From Candidatus Paceibacter sp. (GTDB lineage Bacteria; Patescibacteriota; Minisyncoccia; UBA9983): a stretch of DNA of 64,000 bases. The notes under the pieces are model-generated. The model did not search any database. It saw nothing but the letters and a program-made list of their open reading frames with translations, and was not told the DNA's origin. The position numbers were made by a program, and so were the translations under genes. Location of the stretch: contig JABWAS010000005.1 of assembly GCA_013360865.1 (NCBI GenBank), positions 507 through 64,506 on the forward strand. Direction: 5' to 3'. Below, piece by piece: positions 9,635-18,686 of this stretch; the stretch's first letter is position 1, and every line of letters begins with the position of its first letter.

Positions 9635-10395
9635 CAATTCTGGAATCGGAAAAGGACATAGCGGCTTTGAGGGAAGGAGGCAAAATACTTGCCTCCGTTT
9701 TAAACGAAGTCGCCAGAAGAGTCGCGCCCGGGGTTGCCGCGGCCGACTTGGACGCGTTGGCGGAAAAACTTATCAGAGAGGCGGGCGCCGAGCCGTCGTT
9801 TAAAAACTACAAAACTCCGGACGATAAAATTCCTTATCCGGCTTCGCTGTGCGTTTCCGTCAACGACGAAGTGGTGCACGGGATACCGGACCAAAAAATA
9901 TTCCAAGAGGGCGATGTTGTCGGGCTTGATTTGGGCTTAAAATACAAAGGCTTTTACACCGACTCCGCTGTAACGGCGCTTGCCGGAAAGGCCGACACGG
10001 AATCGCTAAGGCTGGTTGAGACGGCCAAAAAATCTCTGGCCAAAGGCATAAGTGTGGTAAAAGACGGGGCGAGGATAGGCGACATCGGATTTGCCGTGCA
10101 ATCCCGCGCCGAGAAAGACGGCTTCGGCGTGGTGAGAAAACTGGTCGGCCATGGCTTGGGGCGTAAAGTCCACGAAGGTCCGCAGGTGCCGAACTTCGGC
10201 TCCAGAGGCTCGGGGATGGCGCTGAAAAAAGGTCTGGTGCTGGCCATTGAGCCGATGATAACCGCCGGCGACTCGGATGTTTATCTGGACGACGATCTGT
10301 GGACGTGGAAAACAAAAGACCGTTCTTTGGCAGCCCATTTTGAGCATACGGTTATAGTCACCGAAAACGGGGCGGAAATAATAACCAAACTCTGA
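9631..10395 (+). CDS. map: Methionine aminopeptidase type I
   Basis: SVNDEVVHGIP, GHGLG, AIEPM, AHFEHT. Confidence 0.98.
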   Translation: MTILESEKDIAALREGGKILASVLNEVARRVAPGVAAADLDALAEKLIREAGAEPSFKNYKTPDDKIPYPASLCVSVNDEVVHGIPDQKIFQEGDVVGLDLGLKYKGFYTDSAVTALAGKADTESLRLVETAKKSLAKGISVVKDGARIGDIGFAVQSRAEKDGFGVVRKLVGHGLGRKVHEGPQVPNFGSRGSGMALKKGLVLAIEPMITAGDSDVYLDDDLWTWKTKDRSLAAHFEHTVIVTENGAEIITKL

Positions 10396-10401
10396 AGCTT
10401 T

Positions 10402-10851
10402 ATGCGTTTTTTGGGTATTGATTACGGTACGAAAAGAATCGGTCTTGCTCTTTCCGACGAAAAAGGAAAGATGGCTTTTGCTTATAAAATCATCGGCAAT
10501 TACGGCGCGGAAAAAGTTTTGGCGGAGCTTAAAAAAATCTGCGAAGAAAATTCGGTCGGAAAAATTATTTTAGGGGAGTCTTTAAATTACAGAGGCGAAC
10601 CGAATCCGGTAATGGCCGAAATTGAGCCGTTTAAAAAGGCGATGGAAAAGGAAACCGGCCTGCCGGTTGAATACGAGAAAGAAATTTTAACCTCGGCCGA
10701 AGCCCGAAGGCCGCTGGACGGTCCAAGAAAGCGCCCGCCCGTTTTAAGCGGGAGAAAATCGCCGCAAAAAGAAAAAAAGCTAAGAAGAAAAATTGACGCC
10801 GCCGCCGCCGCGCTTATCCTGCGGAGATATCTGGACAGGAGTGTGGTATAA
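10402..10851 (+). CDS. ruvX: YqgF/RuvX family nuclease
   Basis: LGIDYGTKRIGLALSD, E-LTS, IDAAAAALIL. Confidence 0.92.
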   Translation: MRFLGIDYGTKRIGLALSDEKGKMAFAYKIIGNYGAEKVLAELKKICEENSVGKIILGESLNYRGEPNPVMAEIEPFKKAMEKETGLPVEYEKEILTSAEARRPLDGPRKRPPVLSGRKSPQKEKKLRRKIDAAAAALILRRYLDRSVV

Positions 10852-10860
10852 TCTTTAATC

Positions 10861-11463
10861 GTGAAGTTATTTTTTCTAAACAGTCTGCAAAAGCTCCGTT
10901 TTTGGACGTTGAAGTGGGCCGATTCCAAGAATTCCGCTTTGGCGCTCTTTATACTGGCTTTCGCCGAAGCGTCTTTTTTCCCCATACCGCCGGATGTCTT
11001 GCTTATCGGAATATTGGCCATAAACTCAACCAAGTGGCTGAAGTATGCCATTATCTGTACCGCTGGTTCCGTTTTGGGCGGGCTGTTCGGTTATCTCATC
11101 GGCTGGGGATTCTATGAGGCCGTCGGCCAGCGCATCGTTGATTTTTACGGGCTGCAGGCGACGGTGGATGCTATTGGTTTAAAGTATTCCCAGCACGCTT
11201 TTTGGACGGTTTTTACCGCGGCGTTTACGCCGATACCGTTTAAGGTAATAACAATTACCGCCGGCTTGTTTAAAATTTCCTTAATTCAATTAGTAGCGGC
11301 TTCCGTTGTGGGAAGGGCGGCCAGATTTTTCATGGTGGCGCTTATCCTTAAATTTTTTGGCAAAAGAGTGAATAATCTGGTGATAAAATATTTTGACATC
11401 CTCTCTTTGGCGGCCGTTGTCGTGGTTATCTTGAGTTTTGTGGCGATAAAATATGTTTTTTAA
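10861..11463 (+). CDS. DedA/YqaA family membrane protein
   Basis: AFAEASFFPIPPD, FTPIPFKV, GRAARF. Confidence 0.9.
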   Translation: MKLFFLNSLQKLRFWTLKWADSKNSALALFILAFAEASFFPIPPDVLLIGILAINSTKWLKYAIICTAGSVLGGLFGYLIGWGFYEAVGQRIVDFYGLQATVDAIGLKYSQHAFWTVFTAAFTPIPFKVITITAGLFKISLIQLVAASVVGRAARFFMVALILKFFGKRVNNLVIKYFDILSLAAVVVVILSFVAIKYVF

Positions 11464-11526
11464 ATACAAAAGTTCTTCACTTGTCGTCGTTGCCGCTAAT
11501 CGTAACGGTGATAAAATAGAAATAAA

Positions 11527-12630
11527 GTGAAGACGGATAATTTTTTCTTCAAATTATTCCCGCCGCCGGACTATCTTAAGATGCCGGCTCTTTGTCTGGA
11601 CATCTCCGATCGCTCGCTGAAGTACATGGAATTCGCCGGCGGCAGCGGCGGAATTTCCCTGAAAAAATACGGGCTGTTCCCGATACCGGAAGGGGTCATA
11701 GAAAGAGGGGAAATAAAGCAGAAAGAAAAACTGGCCGAAGTTTTAAGACCTATTCAAAAGAAGCTTAAAAACAGACTGGTCATGGCTTCTTTGCCGGAAG
11801 AAAAAGCGTTCCTAAGCAGGGTCAAGTTTCCCCTGATGCCGGAAAAGGAAATAAGAGGCTCCATAGAGCTCCAGCTGGATGAGTGCGTGCCGCTTAGCGC
11901 CGCCGAAGCCATATTTGATTTTGACGTGATCAGCCGCTCGGATGAGGAAGGGCATATGGACATCAACATCATCGCTTTTTCCAAGACTTTCGTGGAGCAA
12001 TACCGGGACGTTTTAAGGGAGTCCGGCTATATTCCCGCCGCGTTTGAAATGGAAGCGCACGCCTTCGCGCGGTCGGTGGTGCCATGGGGCGAGAGAGGCA
12101 ACGTCATCGTGGTTGACTTTGGCCGGACCAGAGCGACGTTTGCCATCGTTGCCGAAGGCAAGGTGCAGTTCGCCACGACCGTGGGCGTCGCCGGACAGGA
12201 CGTGGAGAACGCCATTGTCTCCAATCTCAAAGTCGGCAAAGAAGACGTGGAGAAAATAAAAAGGGAGGTCGGTTTTTACAAAACCAAAAACAACGAAGAT
12301 GTGTTTAACGCCATGCTCCCGATAATTTCCGTTATCAAGGATGAGATAAAAAAGCAGATTGATTATTGGGTTTCCCACTATGACGAGCATGCCAAAGACG
12401 GGCGGAAGGGCAGGGATAAGGCGAAAATCCAGAAGGTCATACTTTGCGGCGGGGAATCCACCCTGGCCGGCCTGCCGGAATATTTATCGTACGAGCTTAA
12501 ACTTAAAGTGGAGCTGGGCAACCCCTGGGTCAACGTCTGTTCCTTTGACGATTATATACCGGAAATAGAGAGGGGGGATTCTTTGGCTTACGCCACGGTG
12601 ATAGGCCTGGCTTTGCGCCAATGGCAATAA
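11527..12630 (+). CDS. pilM: Type IV pilus assembly protein PilM
   Basis: LDISDRSLK, VVDFG, ILCGG, IGLALR actin-like fold. Confidence 0.9.
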   Translation: MKTDNFFFKLFPPPDYLKMPALCLDISDRSLKYMEFAGGSGGISLKKYGLFPIPEGVIERGEIKQKEKLAEVLRPIQKKLKNRLVMASLPEEKAFLSRVKFPLMPEKEIRGSIELQLDECVPLSAAEAIFDFDVISRSDEEGHMDINIIAFSKTFVEQYRDVLRESGYIPAAFEMEAHAFARSVVPWGERGNVIVVDFGRTRATFAIVAEGKVQFATTVGVAGQDVENAIVSNLKVGKEDVEKIKREVGFYKTKNNEDVFNAMLPIISVIKDEIKKQIDYWVSHYDEHAKDGRKGRDKAKIQKVILCGGESTLAGLPEYLSYELKLKVELGNPWVNVCSFDDYIPEIERGDSLAYATVIGLALRQWQ

Positions 12631-12634
12631 AATT

Positions 12635-13192
12635 ATGATAAACTTGCTTCCGCCGGAAGATAAAAAATCAATAAGGAAAGAATATCTGGGCAGGCTTGCC
12701 GCTGTCTGGGGCGCGTTTTTTACTTTCGCTTTTTTTGCCGGGGCAACAGTGCTGCTTCCCAACTTTTTTCTATTTTCAAGCCAAAGCGGCGATTTAGCCG
12801 CGCAAATCTCCGCCGCCGAAGAAAAAATTAAAAAACTGGACGCCGAAAAAAGCGCCGGCGAAATAAAAAAAATAAACGAGCGGCTGGCCATGATAAACTC
12901 GCCCAAATTTGACTACCGGTTAAGCGAACTGTTCCAAGAAATTATCGGGCTGAAAAGCGCCGGAGTAAAAATAACGGCCATAAATTTTGACGTCCAGAAA
13001 ACCAAAAGCTCAACCGAAGCCAGAGTGTCGCTTTCCGGCAAGGCATCCGCCAGAGACGGCCTGCTTGATTTTATCAGCAAGCTGAAAAGGAGTTACGGGG
13101 ACCAAAGAGTCAGCTCGCCCATAACCAACCTGATAAGCGACAAGGACGCCGCCTTTTCTTTGACGATAACTTTGCCTTATGAAAAGCAATAA
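12635..13192 (+). CDS. pilN: Type IV pilus assembly protein PilN-like
   Basis: MINLLP N-terminus, TM segment plus coiled coil; follows pilM. Confidence 0.8.
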   Translation: MINLLPPEDKKSIRKEYLGRLAAVWGAFFTFAFFAGATVLLPNFFLFSSQSGDLAAQISAAEEKIKKLDAEKSAGEIKKINERLAMINSPKFDYRLSELFQEIIGLKSAGVKITAINFDVQKTKSSTEARVSLSGKASARDGLLDFISKLKRSYGDQRVSSPITNLISDKDAAFSLTITLPYEKQ

Positions 13193-13730
13193 TTTTTTCA
13201 TCAAAACATTTTTATCCTTTGCCGCCGCGGCCGCCGCGTTGGGGGTCTGGCTGTTTGTTCTAAATTACATAGAGAACGGGAAAACCGATTTGGCCGTTCA
13301 GCGAGGCAAGCTGGCTGAAAACGAAGAAAGACTGGCCGGCCTCAAGTCCGCCATGGACTCGCTTAATTCGTTTAAAAAAGAGAGCGACATCATAGAATCG
13401 GTTTTTTTGACCGAGGACGAAATGATAAGAGTGATAGAAGGCCTGGAGTCCATCAGCGCCAACTCCGGAGTCAAACTGAAAATAAACTCGGTCAGCGCCG
13501 ACGGGGCGAAAAACTTAAAACCCAGTTTTTCTTTTTCCGTTGACGGGCCGTTTGAGAGCATAATCCGGTACCTTTATTCCTTGGAAAATCTGCCGTATCT
13601 TATAAACATCACCAGAGCGTCAATTATCAAAAAAGGAACATCCGCCTCCGCGGACGCCGGCGAGGAAGCCGTTGCTGGCGGCTGGCAGGGAGTTTTTACC
13701 ATAGAATTGGAAAGCTATGAAAAAAGTTGA
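13179..13730 (+). CDS. pilO: PilO-like protein
   Basis: TM segment, coiled coil, VDGPF...YLYSLENLPY; synteny. Confidence 0.7.
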   Translation: MKSNNFFIKTFLSFAAAAAALGVWLFVLNYIENGKTDLAVQRGKLAENEERLAGLKSAMDSLNSFKKESDIIESVFLTEDEMIRVIEGLESISANSGVKLKINSVSADGAKNLKPSFSFSVDGPFESIIRYLYSLENLPYLINITRASIIKKGTSASADAGEEAVAGGWQGVFTIELESYEKS

Positions 13731-14043
13731 TTTTAAGTCAATTATAGGATATTTTAATTTCCGTGGCGGCTCAAGCGGTACGGGAGGGAGCGTCTGCCGG
13801 GATTGGGCCATCGCGTTAATTTGCTCCTCTTTTGTTTTGGCGGCAGTTCTGGCCGTTGACGGCTATGTCATCTGGAGAGGTTTGGGCGCGGAGAAAGAGG
13901 TTCCCGCCGCCGAATCCGGCAAGCAGAAATTTTCCGGAATAAGCAAAACCGCGCTGGACAGCGCCGTGGAAAAAATAGCGGATAAAGAAAAGCGGTTCAA
14001 AAACAGCTCCGCCGCGCCGAAAGTGGCCGACCCATCGCTGTGA
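13717..14043 (+). CDS. Single-TM protein in the PilP position
   Basis: Fourth overlapping gene of the pilMNO operon; ends in DP. Confidence 0.5.
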   Translation: MKKVDFKSIIGYFNFRGGSSGTGGSVCRDWAIALICSSFVLAAVLAVDGYVIWRGLGAEKEVPAAESGKQKFSGISKTALDSAVEKIADKEKRFKNSSAAPKVADPSL

Positions 14044-14047
14044 TTTT

Positions 14048-14115
14048 GCCCTCGTAGTTCAAAGCCGACGCTCTGGTCGGCTCCCCGACAACAAAGTTCG
14101 TCGGGGTGGATAGAA
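14048..14115 (+). pseudogene. tRNA-Arg 5' fragment with a 44-bp double-hairpin insertion in the D-loop
   Basis: GCCCTCGTAGTTCAA-[14063-14106]-TGGATAGAA equals the first 24 nt of the tRNA at 14403. Confidence 0.85.
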
Positions 14116-14120
14116 TACCT

Positions 14121-14396
14121 ATGGATACAAGTAAAAATGGGTATGTTTATATACTGAAAGACAAAAATGGGAAATTTTATGTTGGAAGCACCGATAATTT
14201 AGATAGAAGGCTGAAGCAGCATAAAAATGGCCACACTCAAACAACTAGAAAGATGAATGATTTCATGTTAGTTTTAATGCAAAAGTATGAATCATTAGAT
14301 TTGGCGCGTAAAGTAGAAAGAAGAATTAAAGATCTAAAACGCAAAGATTATATTGAAAAAATAGTTAATGACGGGTATATCAATATAAAAATTTGA
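14121..14396 (+). CDS. Small GIY-YIG nuclease family protein
   Basis: GYVYIL...FYVGSTDNLDRRLKQH...ERRIK. Confidence 0.92.
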   Translation: MDTSKNGYVYILKDKNGKFYVGSTDNLDRRLKQHKNGHTQTTRKMNDFMLVLMQKYESLDLARKVERRIKDLKRKDYIEKIVNDGYINIKI

Positions 14397-14402
14397 TGTT
14401 GC

Positions 14403-14474
14403 GCCCTCGTAGTTCAATGGATAGAACTGGAGACTTCTAATCTCCCGATCGAGGTTCGATTCCTCGCGAGGGCA
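14403..14474 (+). tRNA. tRNA-Arg(TCT)
   Basis: Acceptor GCCCTCG/CGAGGGC, anticodon arm GGAGA-CTTCTAA-TCTCC, TTCGATT loop. Confidence 0.96.
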
Positions 14475-14772
14475 CATAGTAGTGAGACCTACCGAAAGGC
14501 CTCAGTAGAGCAATATTTCAGATGAGTCAAGACAAAAAACCAGGTTCGAGTCCTGGTGGGTTTTTGCTCGCAGTAATAAAAATTCTTTTTGTGTTTTCAG
14601 ATAAAGCAAATTCATAATCAAAAATTGCTTCTGATTTCAAACCCCATCCTCGGCGAAAAACAGTGTGTGGCAGTGCGCTAAAATTCCGAATTCGTTTGGA
14701 AAATTCGGAGAAATCAGTTGGGCACGATGTATTTAATTCTCTTTTGAAATGCAATCCTGTAACATACATAGG

Positions 14773-14876
14773 GCGATCTTGCATAAAGCACAATTTGTGT
14801 TAAAAGAACGATAGAAGAAATCCTGGTGGATTTCTGAAAATTGCACATTTACAACCCAAAAGGAGGTGAATTATGG
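14773..14876 (+). promoter_or_regulatory. Shared island leader, copy L (promoter, hairpin, SD)
   Basis: About 101/106 identical by eye to the reverse complement of 20716-20821; TTGCAT -35-like, AGAAATCC-TGGT-GGATTTCT hairpin, AAGGAGGT SD. Confidence 0.88.
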
Positions 14877-16096
14877 AATTCAAGAAGGAATACTTCGCGG
14901 TAGCCAATTCGGAACCACGTGTCACGATCAACGGTATGACTACGGGACGAGAATTTTCTGTGCGCGAATATACATTCGGAGTTCTTGTGCCGGATAGCAA
15001 TCATCCGCTCTCATGCGTCAGTGTGTCTAATAGCTCGCTGAGCATTGATTTGTGGATTGGATGTTCTTGGCAGTGCAGATACTGCCACGTTCAAGACACC
15101 AATCAAGATCTTGCCGATCAGGGCATGATGCCGAAAAAACCACGACGGCGCAATCAGTTTACCGTGGACCAAATCCTCGATGAACTGGTCAAGCATCCGT
15201 TCTTCATCGCTGATGAGACAATCATCAGCATCGGAACGGCAAGCACCGAGCCATTCGCCCCTGCTGTCGTAGACAGCACGTTCGAGATTATGGACGGATT
15301 CGTCCGGCGCGGTCTGCGGAATCCTTTCTGGATCGTCACTAAGGGTGGCGTTCCTAAAGGGAGAAAACTTGACTTCGCCCGCATCTCGAATGCGACGCGC
15401 GGCTTGATGCTGTCGCTGTGCTGGGCAGACAATCCTGACACGATTGAGCCAGCGCATAACAACCGCTTTCTCAATGCTGAGGAAGCCAAGGAAGCAGGAG
15501 CCACCATTGCGTGGTACATGCGACCGATCGTTCCTGAGTGGAGCGGTAATCGGGACAGAATTGAGATGATGATGCTGTGGGTGAAAAAACACTACGGCGA
15601 AGTCATCGATATGATCGTTCCGGGTGGTCTGCGCTGGACGGAAGGTATCGAGAACGGACTGGCGGAGATTCACAAGCTCCCCATGCCTGACATCCCTCGG
15701 GATGACAATGTGAAATCGTTGCCGCAGGAGTTGGTGGATTCCATCTTCTCACTGAGCGCCGAACACTTTCCTGGTATCCCCGTCTATCTCAAGTCATCAT
15801 GCGCCCTTACTCGGATGCTCAGGATCCCGAGCATCACTTCAGTGCAGGTTTTCGCACGGCCAGGATGCGAGGCATCTCGCTGTCCTCTGACCCAACGGAG
15901 AATCTGCGCTCAGGGTTCGGCTTACAACATGACGGCCGAACGAGTACAGGGCATCTTGGATGACCTCGGGATTCCGGCTCATGTAGTGAGTTGGGATATC
16001 AACCACGGACTTGTTACTCACCCCGAGATGAGCAAGTTCACCTACGCAGTCAGGCAGACTGTATTCAAACATCTGGCAATGGGAGGTCCCACATGA
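14873..16096 (+). CDS. Radical SAM protein (SPL-like), with extra C-terminal Cys residues
   Basis: GCSWQCRYC (CxxxCxxC), TEPF, IVTKG, MRPIVP. Confidence 0.88.
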   Translation: MEFKKEYFAVANSEPRVTINGMTTGREFSVREYTFGVLVPDSNHPLSCVSVSNSSLSIDLWIGCSWQCRYCHVQDTNQDLADQGMMPKKPRRRNQFTVDQILDELVKHPFFIADETIISIGTASTEPFAPAVVDSTFEIMDGFVRRGLRNPFWIVTKGGVPKGRKLDFARISNATRGLMLSLCWADNPDTIEPAHNNRFLNAEEAKEAGATIAWYMRPIVPEWSGNRDRIEMMMLWVKKHYGEVIDMIVPGGLRWTEGIENGLAEIHKLPMPDIPRDDNVKSLPQELVDSIFSLSAEHFPGIPVYLKSSCALTRMLRIPSITSVQVFARPGCEASRCPLTQRRICAQGSAYNMTAERVQGILDDLGIPAHVVSWDINHGLVTHPEMSKFTYAVRQTVFKHLAMGGPT

Positions 16097-17211
16097 AGAC
16101 GTATGATGAAATCAAACGCCACTTCGGGACCTTTGGTTTCCAGTGGCAAGAAAGTGTTCCGATTGTAAGCACCAATCCTAAGCTCCTGTTCAACATCTCT
16201 GGCGGTGTCGTGTTTGAGGATACGATCTCTCATGGAGTAATCCCTGAAAAGACCCGTGTCGTTTCGGTTCAGACATGCCTGCGAACGGACGGGTGGGAGA
16301 AGATTGGTTTGTCGGGAAGGCACCACCTTGCATTCGACATGCTCGGCCACTTCTCCCTCTACGAGGGCAAGGAGCAAGAGGTTAAGGAAGCAATAATCGA
16401 GAGTGCCTGGCGTTATCTGACGGTGTGTGTGGGGATCAGTCCTGCCACGCTGTCAGCAACAGTGCATCCGCAAGATGCAACATCGCAGAGAATCTGGGAA
16501 AGGTTGGGTGCCAAAACTGTCAGCAATGACGGAAATGTCACTTTTACTCCGACTCGGAACCGATGCGGTGTTCGCACGGAGATCGTCTGGAGAAATCCGG
16601 ACACGAGTAAGTCAATCGAGCTTTGGAACTTGGTCTTTACCGAGTTTCTGGGCGAGACGCTTTTCGAGTCTCCTCTGGAGAAGATTGCCGCCGATTCTGG
16701 TGCAAGTATTGATCGTATCGTCACGGCAGTCGAATGCTGTAGTAGCGATTATGAAAACACCAATTGGAAAGGCGTGATCGAATCTATCAGTGAGCGATCC
16801 GAGGTAAAGGATCGAGCCATCATGTGCCGCCTCGCAGATCTCGGCAAAGCGGCGGTGCTTCTGGTATCGCAAGGACTTCGACCTGGAAACAAAGCGGCGG
16901 ATTATGTCCTTCGGAAACTCATCCGAGAGGCTTTCATCCTCTGCCGACAGATCTCCATCTCATTTGATGAATTTGTCGTGATATCAGGAAATCAATGGGC
17001 CTCGGTTGATGCGGTGCAAACTGTGTTTGCCGAGGAGGTGTCAAAGTTCGAGAAAGGGCTTGAGCGCGGGAGAAAGGAATATACAAAATTCGTCTCTCGC
17101 AGGAATGGTCGCTTGACTGAATCAGACATCAAGTATCTAACATCCACATTCGGATTTCCGAAGGCTCTTATCGAGCTTGAGGAGTCGAAACGGAACAAGG
17201 AGGCACTATGA
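16093..17211 (+). CDS. Truncated, divergent alanyl-tRNA synthetase-like protein 1 (372 aa, no editing domain)
   Basis: LLFNISG, QTCLR, GRHHLAFDMLGHFS, IELWNLVF, DSGASIDR, YVLRKLIR, TFGFP; GGAGG SD and ATGA overlap. Confidence 0.85.
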   Translation: MKTYDEIKRHFGTFGFQWQESVPIVSTNPKLLFNISGGVVFEDTISHGVIPEKTRVVSVQTCLRTDGWEKIGLSGRHHLAFDMLGHFSLYEGKEQEVKEAIIESAWRYLTVCVGISPATLSATVHPQDATSQRIWERLGAKTVSNDGNVTFTPTRNRCGVRTEIVWRNPDTSKSIELWNLVFTEFLGETLFESPLEKIAADSGASIDRIVTAVECCSSDYENTNWKGVIESISERSEVKDRAIMCRLADLGKAAVLLVSQGLRPGNKAADYVLRKLIREAFILCRQISISFDEFVVISGNQWASVDAVQTVFAEEVSKFEKGLERGRKEYTKFVSRRNGRLTESDIKYLTSTFGFPKALIELEESKRNKEAL

Positions 17212-17963
17212 AAAATAGTTTAGTCTCCAATCTGACTCACGTACTTTGTGAGTTACAAGGCATGAGAGTGCTCTTGCACGTCGGACTGAAGAGGAACTCC
17301 CCCAAAGGCAAGATCGATCTTTTGGCGGGCTGCGACGACGGGGGTATTGAAAAATATTCCCCTCTCATCAAGGCTTTGCTTGAGGATCGGTGGCCAACCG
17401 GAAACTTCTTTGTGTGCGATGACAGTGTTCGCTTTGATCTGCCGACAGGTTCTGGAGGTGTCGCAGTTTGCGACGCAGCCTTGCTTGTTCGGCAGGTTGA
17501 AGGGTGGATCGAGGGTAAGAATCTGGGTGGTCAACATCGCCCATGGGCTACAGGGTACTGGTTGCCAGAAGCGCTGTGCAGAGACTTGGCAACTGCCAAG
17601 ACCTTGTACGATGTTACGGATATCGGTGTCCGACTTAGGGAGCTACTAATTCCATACCCTGTTTCGCTCTCGGAATCTATCGTTGAGCTGTGTACTGATG
17701 AGATCAGGCAGAAACTCTCAATGCTTGAGAAGTTGCACGAAAATGCAACTATCGAACGGGAACTATGCCTATCGGATGTTACGGCCTCGATGGTTCGGCT
17801 CGCATTCGCGCGCAGTCGAAGATACTTCCGTGGATTCCGATCGCTTGAACAACAAGCGAAGCTCCTTGGGTTTTCGGACATGCTCATCTATGAACTCGCC
17901 CTGAAACTCTCAAAGAGAGAAAGGGTGGCGGATGTGGTGAGTGAAATCAAAAGGTTGCTCTAA
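17208..17963 (+). CDS. Hypothetical protein, degenerate nucleotidyltransferase/DUF4037-like
   Basis: G...KIDL, TLYD...L...YP..L, LAFA...YF pattern; the GS/DxD site appears eroded. Confidence 0.5.
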   Translation: MKNSLVSNLTHVLCELQGMRVLLHVGLKRNSPKGKIDLLAGCDDGGIEKYSPLIKALLEDRWPTGNFFVCDDSVRFDLPTGSGGVAVCDAALLVRQVEGWIEGKNLGGQHRPWATGYWLPEALCRDLATAKTLYDVTDIGVRLRELLIPYPVSLSESIVELCTDEIRQKLSMLEKLHENATIERELCLSDVTASMVRLAFARSRRYFRGFRSLEQQAKLLGFSDMLIYELALKLSKRERVADVVSEIKRLL

Positions 17964-17965
17964 CT

Positions 17966-17995
17966 GGAGGCATACGAAAGTGTGCCTCCTTTTTT
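17966..17995 (+). terminator. Intrinsic terminator of the + strand island operon
   Basis: GGAGGCATAC-GAAA-GTGTGCCTCC-TTTTTT. Confidence 0.88.
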
Positions 17996-18602
17996 ATTCG
18001 ATGATAGTTTTCTCTCCATTTTCAATAAGAGCAGCCTGAGAATTGTTCAAACGCTCCACAGTGACTCTATTTTTTGCTTCAAAAGCCTTTGTTTCTTCTT
18101 CAATTTCTGGAGAATAGTGTGGCAATATAATAAAATTTGTTATTCCGAATCCTGTAAAATCTTCTAGACCAACTTCATTTTTATCTGCAGCAACTTCTCC
18201 TGCAATTTCGATTGACGGACCAATAATGATGCTTCCTGCACTTACGCCTATATATACTCCATTTCGTTTAAGGAGACTTTCGATTGATGCTTTAAAATTT
18301 GATTCTCGAGCAAATTTAAGAAGTTTGAAAGTATTGCCTCCGCAAACATAAATAACATCGTATTCAGCAAAGTCCTTATCGGGTTCGGTTTCTAGGTCTA
18401 TAAAATCAATACGTAAAAATCCCATTTCACTAAATTGTTTCTTGGCGAGTTGGGCGTATTTATTATTTTCTTTTTCTTCTGCAGCTGTCGTTACTATAGC
18501 AACGGCATAATTTTTATAATCAGAAAATAAGCCCTTGAACCTTTCGGTAACTGGCCCAGAAGAAAGTCCTGTTGATGTGAGAAATATAAAACCTTTACTC
18601 AT
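17994..18602 (-). CDS. Peptidase S51 (dipeptidase E-like, class I GATase fold)
   Basis: IYVCGGNTF, YIGVSAGSII, ILPHY. Confidence 0.88.
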   Translation of the reverse strand: MSKGFIFLTSTGLSSGPVTERFKGLFSDYKNYAVAIVTTAAEEKENNKYAQLAKKQFSEMGFLRIDFIDLETEPDKDFAEYDVIYVCGGNTFKLLKFARESNFKASIESLLKRNGVYIGVSAGSIIIGPSIEIAGEVAADKNEVGLEDFTGFGITNFIILPHYSPEIEEETKAFEAKNRVTVERLNNSQAALIENGEKTIIE

Positions 18603-18635
18603 GCCTTCATTCTATATGATTTTTGTAATTTTTTC

Positions 18636-18674
18636 AAAAAAATAACCCGCCTCGTGGTTTACACAAGACGGGTC
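18636..18674 (-). terminator. Intrinsic terminator of the - strand island operon
   Basis: Reverse strand ACCCGTCTTGTG-TAAAC-CACGAGGCGGGT-TATTTTTTT. Confidence 0.75.
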
Positions 18675-18686
18675 AGTGTTTGTTGA

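Noticed and set aside
364-13811. Many short antisense or alternative-frame ORFs over ribosomal, secY, map and pil genes
   Set aside because: They are shadows of well-supported genes and have no independent motifs.
14527-15000. Reverse-strand ORFs 14527-14793 and 14800-15000, and the 20745 start of the ORF ending at 21296
   Set aside because: They run through the shared non-coding leader or a T-arm remnant and show no recognisable protein motifs.
15991-16092. 34-residue N-terminal extension of AlaRS-like protein 1
   Set aside because: It overlaps the radical SAM gene; the SD and ATGA overlap support ATG 16093.
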